From Mobula birostris (lineage: Eukaryota): a DNA stretch of 64,000 nucleotides. A program made the position numbers and the translations under genes. This document shows, piece after piece, positions 13,156-26,850 of this stretch. The notes beneath the pieces are model-generated. The model had not been told where the DNA came from, made no database searches, and worked only from the letters and a program-made list of their open reading frames with translations. The first letter of the stretch is position 1. Each line of letters starts with the position of its first letter. The DNA lies in contig NC_092379.1 of the NCBI RefSeq assembly GCF_030028105.1, positions 26,219,821 through 26,283,820 of the forward strand. The letters run 5' to 3'.

Positions 13156-16100
13156 TTAGAAATATAGGAAACCTACAGCACAATACAGTCCTTTCGGCCC
13201 GCAAAGTTGTACAGAACAAGTCGTTACCTCAGAAATTACTAAGGTTACCCATAGCCCTCTATTTTTTCTCAGCTCTATGCAGCTATCAAAAAGTATTTTA
13301 AAAGACCCCATCGCGTCCGCCTCCGCCATCGTTGCCGACAACCCATTCCACGTCTCACCAATCTCTGCTTAAAAATAACTTACCCCGACGTCCTCTGTAC
13401 ATACTCCCAAGCACCTTAAACCTGTGCCCTCTTGTGGCAGCTATTTCAGCCCTGGAAAAAAAAGCCTCTGACTATCCAGACGAATAATGCCTCTCAGCAT
13501 ATTATACACCTCTATCAGGTCACCTCTCAACCTCCGTCTTGCCAAGGAGATAAGGCCTAGTTCAATCAACCTGTTTTCGTAAGGCATGCTCTCCAATCCA
13601 GGCAACATCGCTGGAAATCTCTTCTGCAGCTTTTCAACGATTTCCACATCTGCCCTGTACTGAGGGGTCCAGATGTGAGCACAGTACTCGAAGTGGGATC
13701 AGACCTGTGTCCTATACAGCTGCAACATTACCTCGCGGCTCCTAAATTCAATACCACGATTGATGAAGGCCAATACACCATATTCCTTTTCAACCACACT
13801 CGGCACTCGGACCCCATGATCCCTCTGATCCTCCTCACTGTCAAGTGTCTTAACATTAATACTATATTCTGCCATCATATTTGACGTACGAAAATGAGCC
13901 ACTTCACACTTATGAGTTGAACTCCATCTGCCAATTCTCAGCACTGTTTTGCATCTTATCAATGTCCCCCTCTTAATTCTGACAGGCGTCCAAACGATCC
14001 ACTCAACCCTCAAAGTTTGTCTCATCACTAAATGTCCAACTAATCTCTCCACTTCCTCATTCAGGTCACTTATAAAAATCACGAAGACGCAGAAGGAGAC
14101 GCAGAAGGTACGTAAGTATCCTAGAACTCACGCTAAGGCACAGTACTGGTCGCCGGCCTCCAGGAAGAATATACCCGTTGACAGCTAGTGTTTGACTTCT
14201 GTGGGAAAGCCATCTCTGGATCCTGAAAGCAATGTCCCCATGGATCCCACACCTCCTTACATTCTCAATAAGCCTTGTTCGGGGTACCTTATGAAATGTC
14301 TTGCTGAAATCTATATACACTACATCAACTGTTCTTCATTCATCAATGTGATTAGCCAGATCCTCAAAAAAATTCAATCAGGTTCGTCAGACACGACATA
14401 CCCTTGATAAAGCTATGCTGTCTGTTCCTAATGATGCATTATGCCTCACCAAATGTCCATAATTTCTGCCTCTCAGAATCTTCTCTATCAAATTACCAAC
14501 CACTGAAGGAAGACTCACTGGTCTATAATTTCTTGAGCAATCTCTACTCCCTTTCTTGGATAGAAACATCTGCAACGCACCGATCCTCTGGAAACTCTCA
14601 CGTCCCCATTTATGATGTGGAGATCATGGCCAGAGGCTCAGCAATCTCCTTCCCCACCTCCCACTATATCCTATGGTACATCTCATCCGGTCCCGACGAC
14701 TTACCCAAATTGATGCTTTCCTAAAGCTCCAGCACATCCTCTTTCTTAATATCTACATGCTCAAGCCTCTCGGTCCGCTGCAAGTTATCACTACAATTCC
14801 GAAGATCATTTTCCATAGTGAATTATGAAGTAAATATCCATTAAGTACTTCTCCTATTTCCTCCGGTTCCAAGCACACTTTCCTACTGTCACATTTGATA
14901 GTTCCTATTCTTTCACGACTTATCCTCGTACTCTTCAACATACTTGTAGAATGCCTTGGGGTTTTCCTTAATCCTGCCCGCCAAGCCCTTTTGATGCCCC
15001 TTTCTGGCTCTTCTAATTTCCTTCTTAAGCTCCTTCCTGTTACCCTTACAATCTTCTGGATCACTAACATTACCTAGCTCTCTGAACCTTTCGTAAGCTT
15101 TTCTTTTCTTGTTGACTAGATTTACGGAAACCTTTGTACACAACGGTTTCTGTACCCTAAAATAACTTTTGTTTCTTTGCAAGGTACCTATGCATAACTC
15201 CAAACAAATATACTCTGGATTCGCCGCATTTCTTCCGTACCGTTCCCTGAGAACCTATCTTCCCACTTTACGCTTCCAAGTTCCTGTTTGATAGCCTCAT
15301 GATTCTCTTTACTACAATTAAACGCATTTCTAACTTGTCTGTTCCTATCTCTCTCGAATGCTATTGTAAAGGAGATAGAATTATGCTCACTATCTCCAAA
15401 ATGCTCTCCCACTGAGAGATCTGACACCTACCACGGTTATTTCACAATACCAAATCAAGTACAGTCTCTCCTCTGGTAGGTTTCTCTACATATTGTTTCA
15501 GGAAACCTTCCTGAACACACATAACAAACTCCACTCCATCTAAACCGCTTGCTCTAGGGAGATGATAATCGATATTTGGGAAATTAAGATCTCCCGCCAC
15601 GACAACTTTGTTATTATTATTATAGCTTTCCAGGATCTGTTTCCTTATCTGTTCCCCGATAACCCTGTTTCTATTCGGCACCCCATAAAAAAAAAAAAAA
15701 CACGCAGTAGAATTTTTGACCCCTTACTGTTCCTAACCTCCACCCACAGAGACTCCACATAATCCTTCCATGAGTTCCAACTTTTCTGCAGCCATGACAC
15801 TATCTCTGATCAACAGTTCCACGCCCTCACCTCTTTGCCTCCCTCCCTGTCCTTTCTGAAACACCTACAACCCTGCACAAGAAGTAACCATCCCTGTCCC
15901 TGAGCCATCCAACTCCCTGTAATGGCCACTCCATATAGCTCCAAGTACTGATCCAGATTCTAACCTCATCGGCTTTGTTCAAATACTCGATGTGTTAACG
16001 TAGACACATCTCAAACCGTGGGTCTGAGAGCGACCCTTCACTATCACCTGCTTATCCTCCCTCAAAACACTGTCTCCCAGATTTCTTTATTTGTGAGACA

Positions 16101-16228
16101 ATCGCCTATTCACTAGTCTCTTCAGTTCGGCCCTCACCCCGCAACAATTCTAGTTTAAACTCTCTCCAGTAGCCGTAGCAAACCACCCCACCAGTATATT
16201 GGCCTCCCCAAGGATTCAAGTGCAACAC
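13156..16228 (-). mobile_element. CR1 LINE (ORF1 C-terminus plus ORF2, decayed) inserted in Gypsy copy A
   Basis: Starts with the tail complement ttagaaatataggaaacc. Fragments include NYRPVSLPSVVG, YIDFSKTFHKVP, GDLNFPNID and KENPKAFYKYV. It is 5'-truncated in the ORF1 esterase end (LHLNP). Confidence 0.93.
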
Positions 16229-17203
16229 AGGCCTCTGATGGTGACACAGGACACCCCCTAAGCCCTCTCTGTTGGCAAACGTATGCATTACATACGGCGA
16301 TCGGGGTCTGCAAAAAACAGCACAGACGTCGTGCTCAGCAGATCATTTAGCGATTGGAAGCCCTCTTCATATTTCGCATCCCACCAGGTCCAAAAGTGTC
16401 CCAAGTGCAAGGGTACCATTTACTCTCCTCTACTTTTTTCCTTCTCCCTTTCTTCCCCAAGGAAAGGTCACCACCAAAAGCTGATTTAAAGAGTGACTCA
16501 CTTTCGCGTAGCCATACAGGAATATCAGATAGAACCCTCTGAACCCAGGAAAGGAGCTCAAAGTGCTCACAGTCTGGGGCCCTGGCCATGAGGTAATCGC
16601 CTCTATCTTAGACAGATCTTAACTGCGCCTTCCAGAGACCATGTGCCCAATATTGCCGACAGACGTCTTGCAAAACTGGCACTTCACCTGAGATAGGTTT
16701 AACCCTTCAGCTTTCAGACGGCCCAGCACCTTACATAGAATCGCTTCATGCTCCTCCAAGGTGGACTCAAACACTATGAGGTCGTCCAGAAAAAAGAAAT
16801 TCCTCGCGAACGTTCATATCCCCCACCGTTTTCTCGATAACACGCTGAGAATTCGCAGGTGCTGCGGATTTGCTCTGGGACATCTTTTCGAACTGGAAGA
16901 ATCCCAATGGTCAAACAAATGCCTTCTTCCCGTTCTCAGCCTCACACATGGGGATCTAATAATATCCACTCCACGAGTCCAGCACACTGATCCACTCCGC
17001 TCCAGTCAAACGGGAGAGCGATCGTTTGGGCCGTATACTGGTCGGGACGTTACGTCTGTTCAGACTCCAATAGTCCATATACATCCGTACCTCCAATTAT
17101 ATTTTGTTTTCCTGACCACAACAACCGGGACGTATAAGGTCTTCTGGAGTCAGCTTCATCGACTTACACAAATAGTGCTAAACGTCGGCCGCGACCTAAT
17201 TCT

Positions 17204-18072
17204 TGTTTCGTAACCGGCAACGATGAATATTAATCGAGACAGGTTATATAACAACAACCAAACATTTATTAAACACGGATAAACGATAAGGAAAAAAAAA
17301 ACGAAAACCTTAACCGGAAGTTAACCGATATGCAGTCGTTCAACAAATCGTCACTCAGCACTGGTTCTTAAAGCGCTAAATGCGAAAGCAGTTCTTGAAG
17401 CGATAAAGACAGACATAGTTCTTAAAATAGTAAATTCGAAAGTCCAACAGATTTATACGTTCAATTGGGAGAAAATTCTCTGGAGAAGGATTTTTTTTTT
17501 CATAGACGCGACTTTCCTTCTCTTTCTGTCCAAAGGATTCACGATTCAGTAATTAAATAGTTTAAACCAACTGACAATTTCCTTTTAGATAGAGGGAGAG
17601 CAAATCTTGCAAGAACCATTTGCTGTCTTGGCAAGAGTTATCTCGATGCAGGTCACTACACCTTGAAAGAAGACTCAATAAGGTCGATCCATTGAAAATC
17701 TGCCAAACGATGCTGACTCCTCTCAAACCTTCGATCCTGTACTTCGATAAAGTCCTCACTCCCCCTACTACTGCTAGAATATGGAAAATCAACACATCTA
17801 GCTAAAATTTCCAGTCCAATAATATTGCATCTTGCAACAGAAGGCAACACTCCGTATAAAGAATGAAACTGCGTCATAAAAACAAACACGCAACAGAAAC
17901 GGAGACACACCATGTTCTACCTGGAAATCTACAAACTAAAACACTAACTGCGTCATCTGACTCTTATATACCCATGGTGCACATGTCATCACGTGACCTC
18001 ACATCGACGGGAAAATCACATCAGGTGACCTCCAAAAGACCATTACAACATTCTAACAGAAACACACACACG

Positions 18073-18120
<48 letters not shown>

Positions 18121-18143
18121 CAGATCTCCTTGAACATGGAACA
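17204..18143 (-). mobile_element. Solo LTR (940 bp), family X, copy 1
   Basis: TGT...ACA termini with a 4-bp TSD TTCT (17200-17203 and 18144-18147). The flanks rejoin to match the uninterrupted paralogous Gypsy sequence at ~27830. An AATAAA lies on the minus strand near 17270. Confidence 0.9.
18062..18118. repeat. (CA)n(CG)n(CA)n alternating purine-pyrimidine tract inside the solo LTR
   Basis: acacacacacgcgcgcgcgcacacac..., ~57 bp. Confidence 0.95.
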
Positions 18144-18507
18144 TTCTGAACTGGGTGTCTTCTGTTACCCGGATAGTGTGAAGAGTGCTCTTCGCAAAAG
18201 CCACATCAAACTCGTCAGGGGAAAATAGACCTTCCTGTTTTACAACGTCTGTATCAACCTATTCTTCCTATTCTTCCAACCCGTTAGTACCGGTGATCTC
18301 CCAAAGTTGACTGACAAAGTAGTCAAGGTCTCACTTTTTCGGATAGTTTCCCTCTGGTTTGTCTCACTGCGACACTGGACATCACTGCCACGGAGAAGAG
18401 ATGCGCATGGGTATCCTACGCTTGAAGGTGACCTCCTTCTTCTTAGTGTTCCTGGCAAACAATGCTGTCCTGTTCGCCTGTGTAACCGGGGATTTCTGCA
18501 TTTTCGG

Positions 18508-19415
18508 TGTTACGTAAACGGCAACAATGCATATCAATCGAGACAGGTTATATAAAAACAATCAAACATTTATTGAACACGGATAAACGGTAAGGAAAAC
18601 ACAAAACAGAAATGAAATCTTTAGCCGTAAGTTAACCGATATGCAGCCGTTCAACGAATCAACACTCGGCTCTTGTTCGTAAAGTGTTTACTGCGAATAC
18701 TGTCCTGAAAGCGATAAAGTCAGATATAGTTCGTAAAGTGAAAATTTCGGAAGTCCAGCAGATCTATACCTTAAATTGGGGAGAGACTTCTCTGTAGAAG
18801 GATTTCTTCACAGACGCAACTTTACTGTTGGTTCTGTCCACAGGTTTAACGATGCCGAAAATAGACAGTTTAAGTCAACTGACGTCAAATTCCATACAGA
18901 GAGAGAGCACCTTTCTGCATCAACTCCTTGCTCTTTTTTGGCAAGGGTTATCCATGATGCAGATAGCTACTCCTCCAACGAAGACTCAATAAGGTCGATC
19001 CTTTATTAAACTGCCAAACGATACCGAATTCTCTCGATCCTTCGATCCTTCACTTCGCTGAATTCTTCACTCTCCCTTCTAATGTTGGAATTGAGTAAAT
19101 CAACACACCTAGTCAAAATACCAGTCCAATAATATGGTATCTTGCAACAGAACGCAAGACCGTTTTAAAAATTAAACTACGTCACAAAAAAAAAAGAACA
19201 CGCAACAGAAACGGAAATACAGCACGTTCCACCTGGAAATCTACAAACTAAAAAAACCCACTGCGTCACCTGGGTCGACCCTAATATAGTCAAGGGTGAG
19301 ATGTCATCACGTGACCTCGCATCGGCGGGAAAATCACATCAAGTGACCTCGAAAAGACCATTACATCGTTCTCACACACACACACACACAAAAAACAGAT
19401 CTTCTGCGTGTAACA
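18508..19415 (-). mobile_element. Solo LTR (908 bp), family X, copy 2
   Basis: tgttacg...tgtaaca termini, colinear with 17204-18143 along its length. The TSD is degraded, and the flanks rejoin to match the paralog at ~28190-28200. Confidence 0.87.
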
Positions 19416-22415
19416 GGGTCTCACCATATTCCAGAACGAAATCCCAACTCACCTTCGTTGTCTGCCGGAACATCCAGCAAGAGGCCCTCGCCCTGTGGCG
19501 TTCCGGGAAGTTTGGAGTATCCCATTACTCTCGCTTCTTCCCTGGGCCGTAACGGATAACGTTCTCAGGAAGCTTTCTCCAGCTATCTCCTTGCAGCCTT
19601 CCATGAGCCTCCCCACGATAGGAGTGTTGCTCCCCATAACGACTGAAACACCAAACTTCTCTACAGAGTCACAACAAAGTAGTGCTGATGTATCTAGCAC
19701 CTGATCTGCTCACATATCGGTCTCCGAAAACTCCAGCTTAACTGACAAAAAAAAAAAAAAAAAAAAAAAAATCACCGGGGTATTCACTCAGACTAACGCT
19801 CAGCTGAGTCGCGTCAGCGGTAAATCCATGAAATACTGTTAGTAAAATGAACGATACAGCAATGAGATCTGCGTCACTGTACCATATATGGCTCTGACAT
19901 AAATACCCTATATCTGTAGCGATACACTGGAGCTTACCCCCCATTAGTTTTAAGGAATATGTTTTTTTTTTCTTCTTTTGATCTTGTGTGTTACTTGACA
20001 TATTGCCGGGAATATGTTCCCTCCGATGCGCCAGGCCAACCCTATACTGCGTCTCTTTTTTTTAAATTTTCGCATCGACTCCATCTGCTTAGGTGCTCAG
20101 GGTCTCACTCTCCGAGGGCTTTCCCTTCGTTCACCCTCCCGACTGAAATGTCCCTCATCACCACATTTATACCAGACAAAAAAAGGCCACTGGCCTTCTT
20201 TCCTTAATATATCCGCCTCCCTATCAGCTCTATCTAACGTGGAGATGGGGCACACTCGCTGTTAACAATGGGGATATCTCAGTTCATCAACTCTGCCACA
20301 ATCTGTTCTACAACTCCCTGGGGCAGGGTATCCGTTGTCACTTCGCCGCAGCGAACCACTGCCGAGGATTGTACCCCCTGCCAGAGGCCTCCCGCGCCTT
20401 AGAACCATTGTCCCCCTTTCGTACTTCTTTGCACAATTCAACAAATGATGGAGGGCGGTGTGTCCTACGAGACAATCGGGGACCCCAAGCGATCAGTTTC
20501 AGAGACTGGGCGCGTTTCGCTATTTGCTCCGTCCTTGGCCACTCTGCGCCATAAGCAATTTAACTGCCTCTCCAGCCGAAAGATTTAGGCATAAAGCTTC
20601 TGTCCCTTCTCTTTACACACGTTCTGAAACCCCGTCGTGAACTGCAATGTGTTTCCCGTCGTCGCACCGAACACCTTCTCGCGTTCGCATGTACGCCGCA
20701 GAAGCGGCAAGGGACTTCTGTACCTTGACAGCTCTCACAACGACAGCAGCCCGCCCACTCCAACTTTCAACCAATCGTGTCGTTTTACGTCATCCGAGCA
20801 CTGCCACTCATCTGACAGTTCACACGTCTGTTCTGCCCAATTCTCATACTCCTCTTCCCATTCATGGGTGGGCTTCTTTTTTTTGGGGAGGGGGGTTCGG
20901 GGTGGACAGGCGAAGACGACGATAGCTGGGCATTTGAACCTGAGGATTTTTTTTCCATTTATTCTGCACAGAGGTAAGGGCGGATATTAACTCATATTTT
21001 TTACTCCTTACTGTGGGGCGGGGACTCATTAGACATTCCAAATCAGACCACTTCTTCCTCTCGCTCAGCAGAAACAAGAGAACGGTGTCTTTAAATCTTC
21101 ACTTCATAGAGCAGAGCAGCCCAGCGGTAAGCCAATGTATGCTTCCCAATAGCCCCAAGTTTCTTCAGAAGCTCTGGTCTCCCGGCATGACTTGGGAGTA
21201 ACTAACCTTTCGATCATACCTTCCCTTATTTCTTTGATTCTGCTTAGTATCCACGACCTCAGCTAGTTTATGAGCCTTTTTAAGCTCGCTTCACATATTA
21301 GACACATAATTAATATAAATCTTCGTTAGTAGGTCTTCAACGCCAGATAGAAAAGAAAGGTCAATGGGCAACCTCGCCTCGGGCCCGAATATCAGATAAT
21401 ATGGCGAGTAGCTAGTATCTTCATTTCGTTTACATTTGTAACTGTGGACAAGATGTTTAATACGTTGACCCCACCTGGTCAAAGGGTCCTGCATTCTATA
21501 AGGGGGGCAACCATGTGGCCCTCGTAGGCAGCTTTTTCCTCCGTGTGTATCGAATGCAAGATTTGTAGTATTCCTCGACCTCCGGCTAATTCGGGGCCAG
21601 CAAAACCGTTCTCTGAGCAATCCACAGGTCTTTTAAACTCCGGAATGTCCAGATCCATCATGATGTGACTTGAACACAATTCTTCAATATTTCTCAGGCA
21701 GAATAAGTTGGGAACGCCGAAATAGATCCAATGCCTACGTAACCTGGCAAGGGTTCTGGTTCTCCAACTCCAGGCTGGGCGGGTCTCTCTATAATCTAGG
21801 CACTGAGGCGTGATTAGTCTCATCCGCCTGTGCCTTGTCTCCCTTCTCGTCCGCTGACCAAATGGTACCGATACGTGTGTCATCTAACTAAGTATTTGTG
21901 ACATCCTTAGGACTCAATTCAGGAAAACTGGTTTGTCTTCAGAGCAGCAAAGTTACAGTAAACTTATGCAATAGCGTCGTCATAAGCTCCGAATCTATCT
22001 AGCATTCGATCCTGCCCTTGCCTTTTGTCGCCTTTACCAGCATGGAAACTGTCATATGGCTCTCGCTCCCGAGGCGGGAACGTTCTTCTACTCTTCGTCC
22101 CAATCCAGCTATTCATGAGCATATCGGAGCAAAGCATCAGCGTCAATGTTCCTCCTTCCGGACCAGTATTTCAGGCTGAAATCACAGGCAGACACCTCCG
22201 CCAACCACGGACGGACACTGGCATATAATTTCAAAACGTGGTCTGGATATGTTAGGGGATTGTTGACCATCCTCACCTCAAACCTGGCAGCACAGTGGTA
22301 ATGATTCAGCTCAACCAGCACAGCCCATATCAAAGCCAGAAACTCCAACCTCTGCATGGATAGATTTTCTCAGAATGCGACCCACTGTGGTTAACGAACG
22401 CGACAGGTTCAACAG

Positions 22416-24981
22416 TTAGAAACATAGAAAACCTAAAGCACAATACAGGCCCTTCCGCCCTCAAATTTGTGCCGAACAAGTCCCTACCTTAGAAATTACT
22501 AGGGTTACCAATAGCCCTCTATTTTTTGTAAGACCCATGTAGCAATCCAAAAGTCCCTTAAAGGACCCTTTCGTATCCGCCTCCATCATCGTTGCCGGCA
22601 GCCCACTCTCTGGGGAAAAAAAAAACTTACCCCTGCCATCTCCTCTGTACCTCCTCCCAGACACCTTAAAACTGTGCCCTCTTCTGCCAGCCATTTCAGC
22701 CCTGCCGTGGGGGGGGGGGGGGAACATCTGACAATCAACACGATCAATGCCTCTCATCGTCTTATACACCTCTATCAGGTCACCTCTCATCCTCCGTCGC
22801 TCCAAGGAAAAAAGGCCGAGTTCACTCAACCTGTTTTCGTAAGGCATGCTCACCAATCCAGAAAATGTCCCTGTATATCTCCTTTGCATTCTTAATTTCT
22901 ACATCCTGGTTGTAGTGAGGCGACCAGAAGTGAGCATAGTACTACAAGTGAGGTCTGACCTGGGTCTTATATCGCTGCAACATTACATTTTAACTCCTAA
23001 GTACAATTCTACGATCGATGAGGGTCATTGCACTTTCTGCTTTCATAGGCACAGAGTTAAGCTGCGCAACTGCTCTAAGAGTCCTACGGACTCGAACCCT
23101 AATATCTCTCTGATCCTCCACACTGCCAATAATCTTACCATTAATACTATACACTGCCATCATCTTTGAACTACCGAAATTAACCACTTCAATCTTAATG
23201 GGGTTGAACACTCAGCAGAGTTTTGCATCTTATAAATGTCCTGCCGTAGCCTCTGACAGCCCTCCGCACTATCCAAAGCACCCCCAACTTTTGTGTCTTC
23301 AGCAAACTTACTAACCCATCCCTCCACTTCCCCCCCCCCATCCAGATCATTTATTAAAAAAAAAAATAAAACATGAAGACCATGGGTCCCAGTACAGATC
23401 CCTGAGGCACACTACTGGTCACCAACCTCCATCCAGAATATGACCTTCTACAACCACTCTTTGCCTTCTTTGTGCAAACCAGTTCTGGATCCAAAAGAAT
23501 GTCCCCTTGGATCCCCTTCCTCCTTACTTTCGCAATAAGCCTTCCTTCGGGTACCTTATGAAATAACTTGCTGAAATCCATATACACCACACCTACTTCT
23601 GTTCTTTCATCAATTTGTTCAGCCACATCCTTAAAAAATTCAATCAGACTCGTAGGTACGACCTGTCCTTAACAAAGCCATGCTGACTATTCCTAATCAT
23701 ATTTTATCTCCCCAAATGTTCATAAATCCTCCCTCTCAGGACCTTCTCCATCAACTTACCAACAACTGAAGTCTCACTGGTCTATAATTTTCTGGGCGAT
23801 CTCTACTCCCTTTCTTGAATAACGGAACAACATCTGCAACCCTCCAATCCACCGGAACCTCATTCCTCTTGACTAGATTTACTAAAGCCTTTGTACCCCA
23901 TGGGTCCTGTACCCTACAATAACTTCCCTGTCTCATTGCAACGTACCTGTGCAGAACTCCACACAAATAACCTGTGAATTTGTCACATTTCTTTCGTTCC
24001 TTTCCCTGAGAACGTCTGTTCCCAATTTAAGCTTCCAAGTTCCTACCTGATGGCTTCATAATTCCCCTTACTCCAATTTAACGCTTTTCTAACTTGTCTG
24101 TTCGAATCTCTCTCTAACGCTAAATTAAAGAGGATGGAATTATGATCACTATCTCCAAAATGTCCTCCCACTGAAGGACCTGACACCTGACCAGGTTCAT
24201 TTCCCAATACCAAACCAAGTACAGTCTCTGCTATTGAAGGCTTATTTACATATTGTGTCAAGAAACCTTCCTGAACATACCAACAAATTTCATCTCATTT
24301 AAATCGGTTGCTCTAGGGAAAAAACAGTCCATATTTGGGAAAATAATTTCTCCCACCATGACAACTCTGTTCTTATTGCATGTTTCCAGGCTCTGTTTCT
24401 CCATCTGCTCCTCGATATTCCTGTTACTATTGTGCGACCTATAAAAAAAAAAGACCCAGTAGAGTTATTGTCCCCTTTCTTTTCCTAACCTCGAACCATA
24501 GAGTCTCCAGACAACCAATCTAGGACGTCCACCTTTTCTGCAGCCGTGTCAATATAGCTGATCAACAGTACCACGTCCCCTCCTCTTTTGCCTCTCTCCC
24601 TGTCCTTTCTGAAACACCTAAAACCCGACACTTGATTTAACTATTCCCGTCCCTGAGCAATCCAAGTTTCTGTACTGGCTAACACTTCAGATCACCAAGT
24701 CCTGCTCCATGCTCTAAGTTCATCCGCTTTGTTCACAATATTCCTTGCTTCAAAATAGACACATCTCAAACCGTCGGTCTGACAGCATCTCTTCCCTATC
24801 ACCTTCCTACTCTCCCTCACACACTGTCTCCGAGCTTTCTATATTTGTGAGCCAACCACATCTTCCCTACTCTCCTCAGTACAATCCCTACCCTACAACA
24901 ATTCTAGTTTAAACTCTCTCCATTCGCCTTAGCAAACCTCCGCGCCAGGATATTGATACTCATGGGATTTAACTGCAACAC
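22416..24981 (-). mobile_element. CR1 LINE in Gypsy copy B (duplicate of 13156-16228)
   Basis: Same 3' junction (gaatgcgacc...acaggtt...ttagaaa) and same 5' junction (tgcaacaca then tgcattacatacggc) as in copy A. CR1 ORF2 motifs are present (SSVPQGSVLGP, YMDFSK). Confidence 0.92.
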
Positions 24982-25789
24982 AATGATTTGATCGTGACAC
25001 GGGACATGGCAACCTTATGCATTACATACGGCAATCGGGGTCTGCAAAAGCCAGCACAGACGCTTGGCACAGCAGCTCCTTTAGCGATTGAAATGCCTCT
25101 TAATATTTCGCACCCTATCTTGGTCCACAAGGCTCTGAAGGGCTAAGGTACGCTTTACTCTTCTCTACTTTTGCCCTCCTCCCTTTCTTCCCCTTCACAA
25201 ATCTCAGATAGGACCCAAGAAATGAGCGCAAAGCGCTCACTGTATGGCGTTCTGCCCATGAAGTCTCCGCCTCTATCTTAGACGGATCTTAACTACACCG
25301 TCCCAGAGACCATATGCCCAGCATTGCTGACACACATCTTGCAAATGTGGCACTTCTCCAGGGAAAGATTTAAACCTTCTGTCATGGTCCGAATCGGGTT
25401 CCCTTTAAATTTAGCTTGTTTATGTTACGAACCTGACCGTTGATTCCCTGTTTTGCGTGTCCCTCGACTTTGGTCATTAGAGGCAATTAACGCTGGGTTG
25501 AACCGGTAGTTTATAGAATCTGTCTTTTTGACGTTCGGCGCGGGAGCGTCTGTAAAGTCATCCAAGGTACGGTGTACCGATGTCATCTGCCCGGAGCAAG
25601 CCTAGTCTCTGCCGAAGCGAGTGCCGGTAATTCGTCTCTCCTCGCCGTAGCAACCCTGTCCAGTTACCTCGCCAAAGTGAGCTGCAAAGTTTCCTCACCG
25701 AGGTGGGTACGTCAGTTAACCCGCCGGAGGGAATGAAGAATCGTTGTCTCCTGTTCCTGGTCCGAATCGAGAGCTCGCCGCTACCGGGA

Positions 25790-26478
25790 GGCTCCAAGTC
25801 AAGCCCCGGCTCCGGGGGCATTCAAGTACCAAATCAAGCCCTGGCTCCGGGGGCATTCAAGTACCAAGTCAAGTCCTGGTTCCGGGGGCATTCAAATAAC
25901 AAGACAAGTCCAGACCCTGGCGGCATTGAAGCACAAGTAAAGTCCTGGCCCTGGCGGCATTCAAGCACGTATACAAGTCCTCGACCTGGCGGTATTCAAG
26001 CACCAAGTGAAGTCCTTCCCTTGGCGGCATTCAAGCACTAAGTCAAGTCCTGGCTCCGGGGGCATTCAAGTAGCAAGTCAAGTCCATCCCTGGCGGCATT
26101 AAAAGACCAAGTTAAGTCCTTGCCCTGGCGGCATTCAAGCACTAAGTCAAGCCCCTCCCTGGCGGCATTCGGGCACCATGTCAAGTCCTAGCCCTTTCGG
26201 CATTCAAGAACCAAGTCAAATCCTGCCCCTAGCGACATTCAAGCACCAAGTCAAGTCCAGATCCTGGCGGCATTCAAGCACCTAGTCAAGTCCTTCCCTG
26301 GCGGCATTCAAGCACTAAGTCAAGAACTGGCCCTGGTGGCAGTCAAGCACCAAGTGAAGTCCTGGTCCTGGCGGCATTCAAGCACCATGTCAAGTCCTGT
26401 TCTGACGGCATTCAATCATCAATTCAAGTCCTGATCCTACCGGCATTCAAGCACCAAGTCAAGTCCTGGTCCTGGCGG
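25790..26478 (+). repeat. ~35-bp minisatellite (ggcggcattcaagcaccaagtcaagtcc-N7), about 20 units
   Basis: Direct tandem units of 34-35 nt with no unique spacers. Confidence 0.92.
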
Positions 26479-26619
26479 TCTGTGATTGCTGTCCTACCTC
26501 CTTGTCTGAATCCCTTCTCTGCCCCTCTCGCCTCTAGTGCTCGTCTGCACCCCCGCCTGCACTTCGGTCTAGTTCCATCACCCGAGCTGGCTAGGTACTG
26601 TCTGGTGTTCACCCGTGTT

Positions 26620-26850
26620 GGTCTCGTCTTGTCTTGTCTTGTCCTCGCCTCCGTGGGTTAAGTCAGGCCGTCTTGCCATTGCTGCGTAGGGGGTCATGTC
26701 TTGTCTTCTCTGGTCCTCGCCTCCGTGTGGTAGGTCAGGCCGTCTTCCCGTTGCCCTGCGGGGAGTCATGCCTTGTCTTGTCTTGTCTTGTCTTGTCTTG
26801 TCCTCGCCTCCGTGGGGTAAGTCAGGCCGTCTTGCCGTTGCCCCGCGGAG
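26620..26850 (+). repeat. Three tandem copies of a ~70-90 bp unit with (tcttg)n tracts
   Basis: tcctcgcctccgtggg-taagtcaggccgtctt occurs three times; the related LTR has a single copy at ~50610-50700. Confidence 0.85.

Larger units (their letters stand above)
11580..21095 (-). mobile_element. Ty3/Gypsy retrotransposon with PNMA-like gag, copy A (decayed; interrupted by a CR1 and two solo LTRs)
   Basis: Recognisable parts are a PPT-like tract next to tataaca at 11580, integrase remnants at ~11.6-13.15 kb (ALKWAV...MDFLSLE-like), RNase H/RT remnants at 16.25-17.2 kb, a CCHC knuckle (YKCGDEGHFSRE, ~20120-20185) and PNMA-type gag at ~20.5-20.9 kb. Confidence 0.85.

Noticed and set aside
19960-20900. 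PNMA-like gag as a domesticated host gene (also ~29400-30050)
   Set aside because: Both copies contain stops and frameshifts and remain embedded in the decayed Gypsy element.
25790-26478. CRISPR-like appearance of the 35-bp array (and of the 42-bp array at 49575-50420)
   Set aside because: The units are contiguous with no unique spacers, lie inside eukaryotic LTRs, and no cas genes are present.
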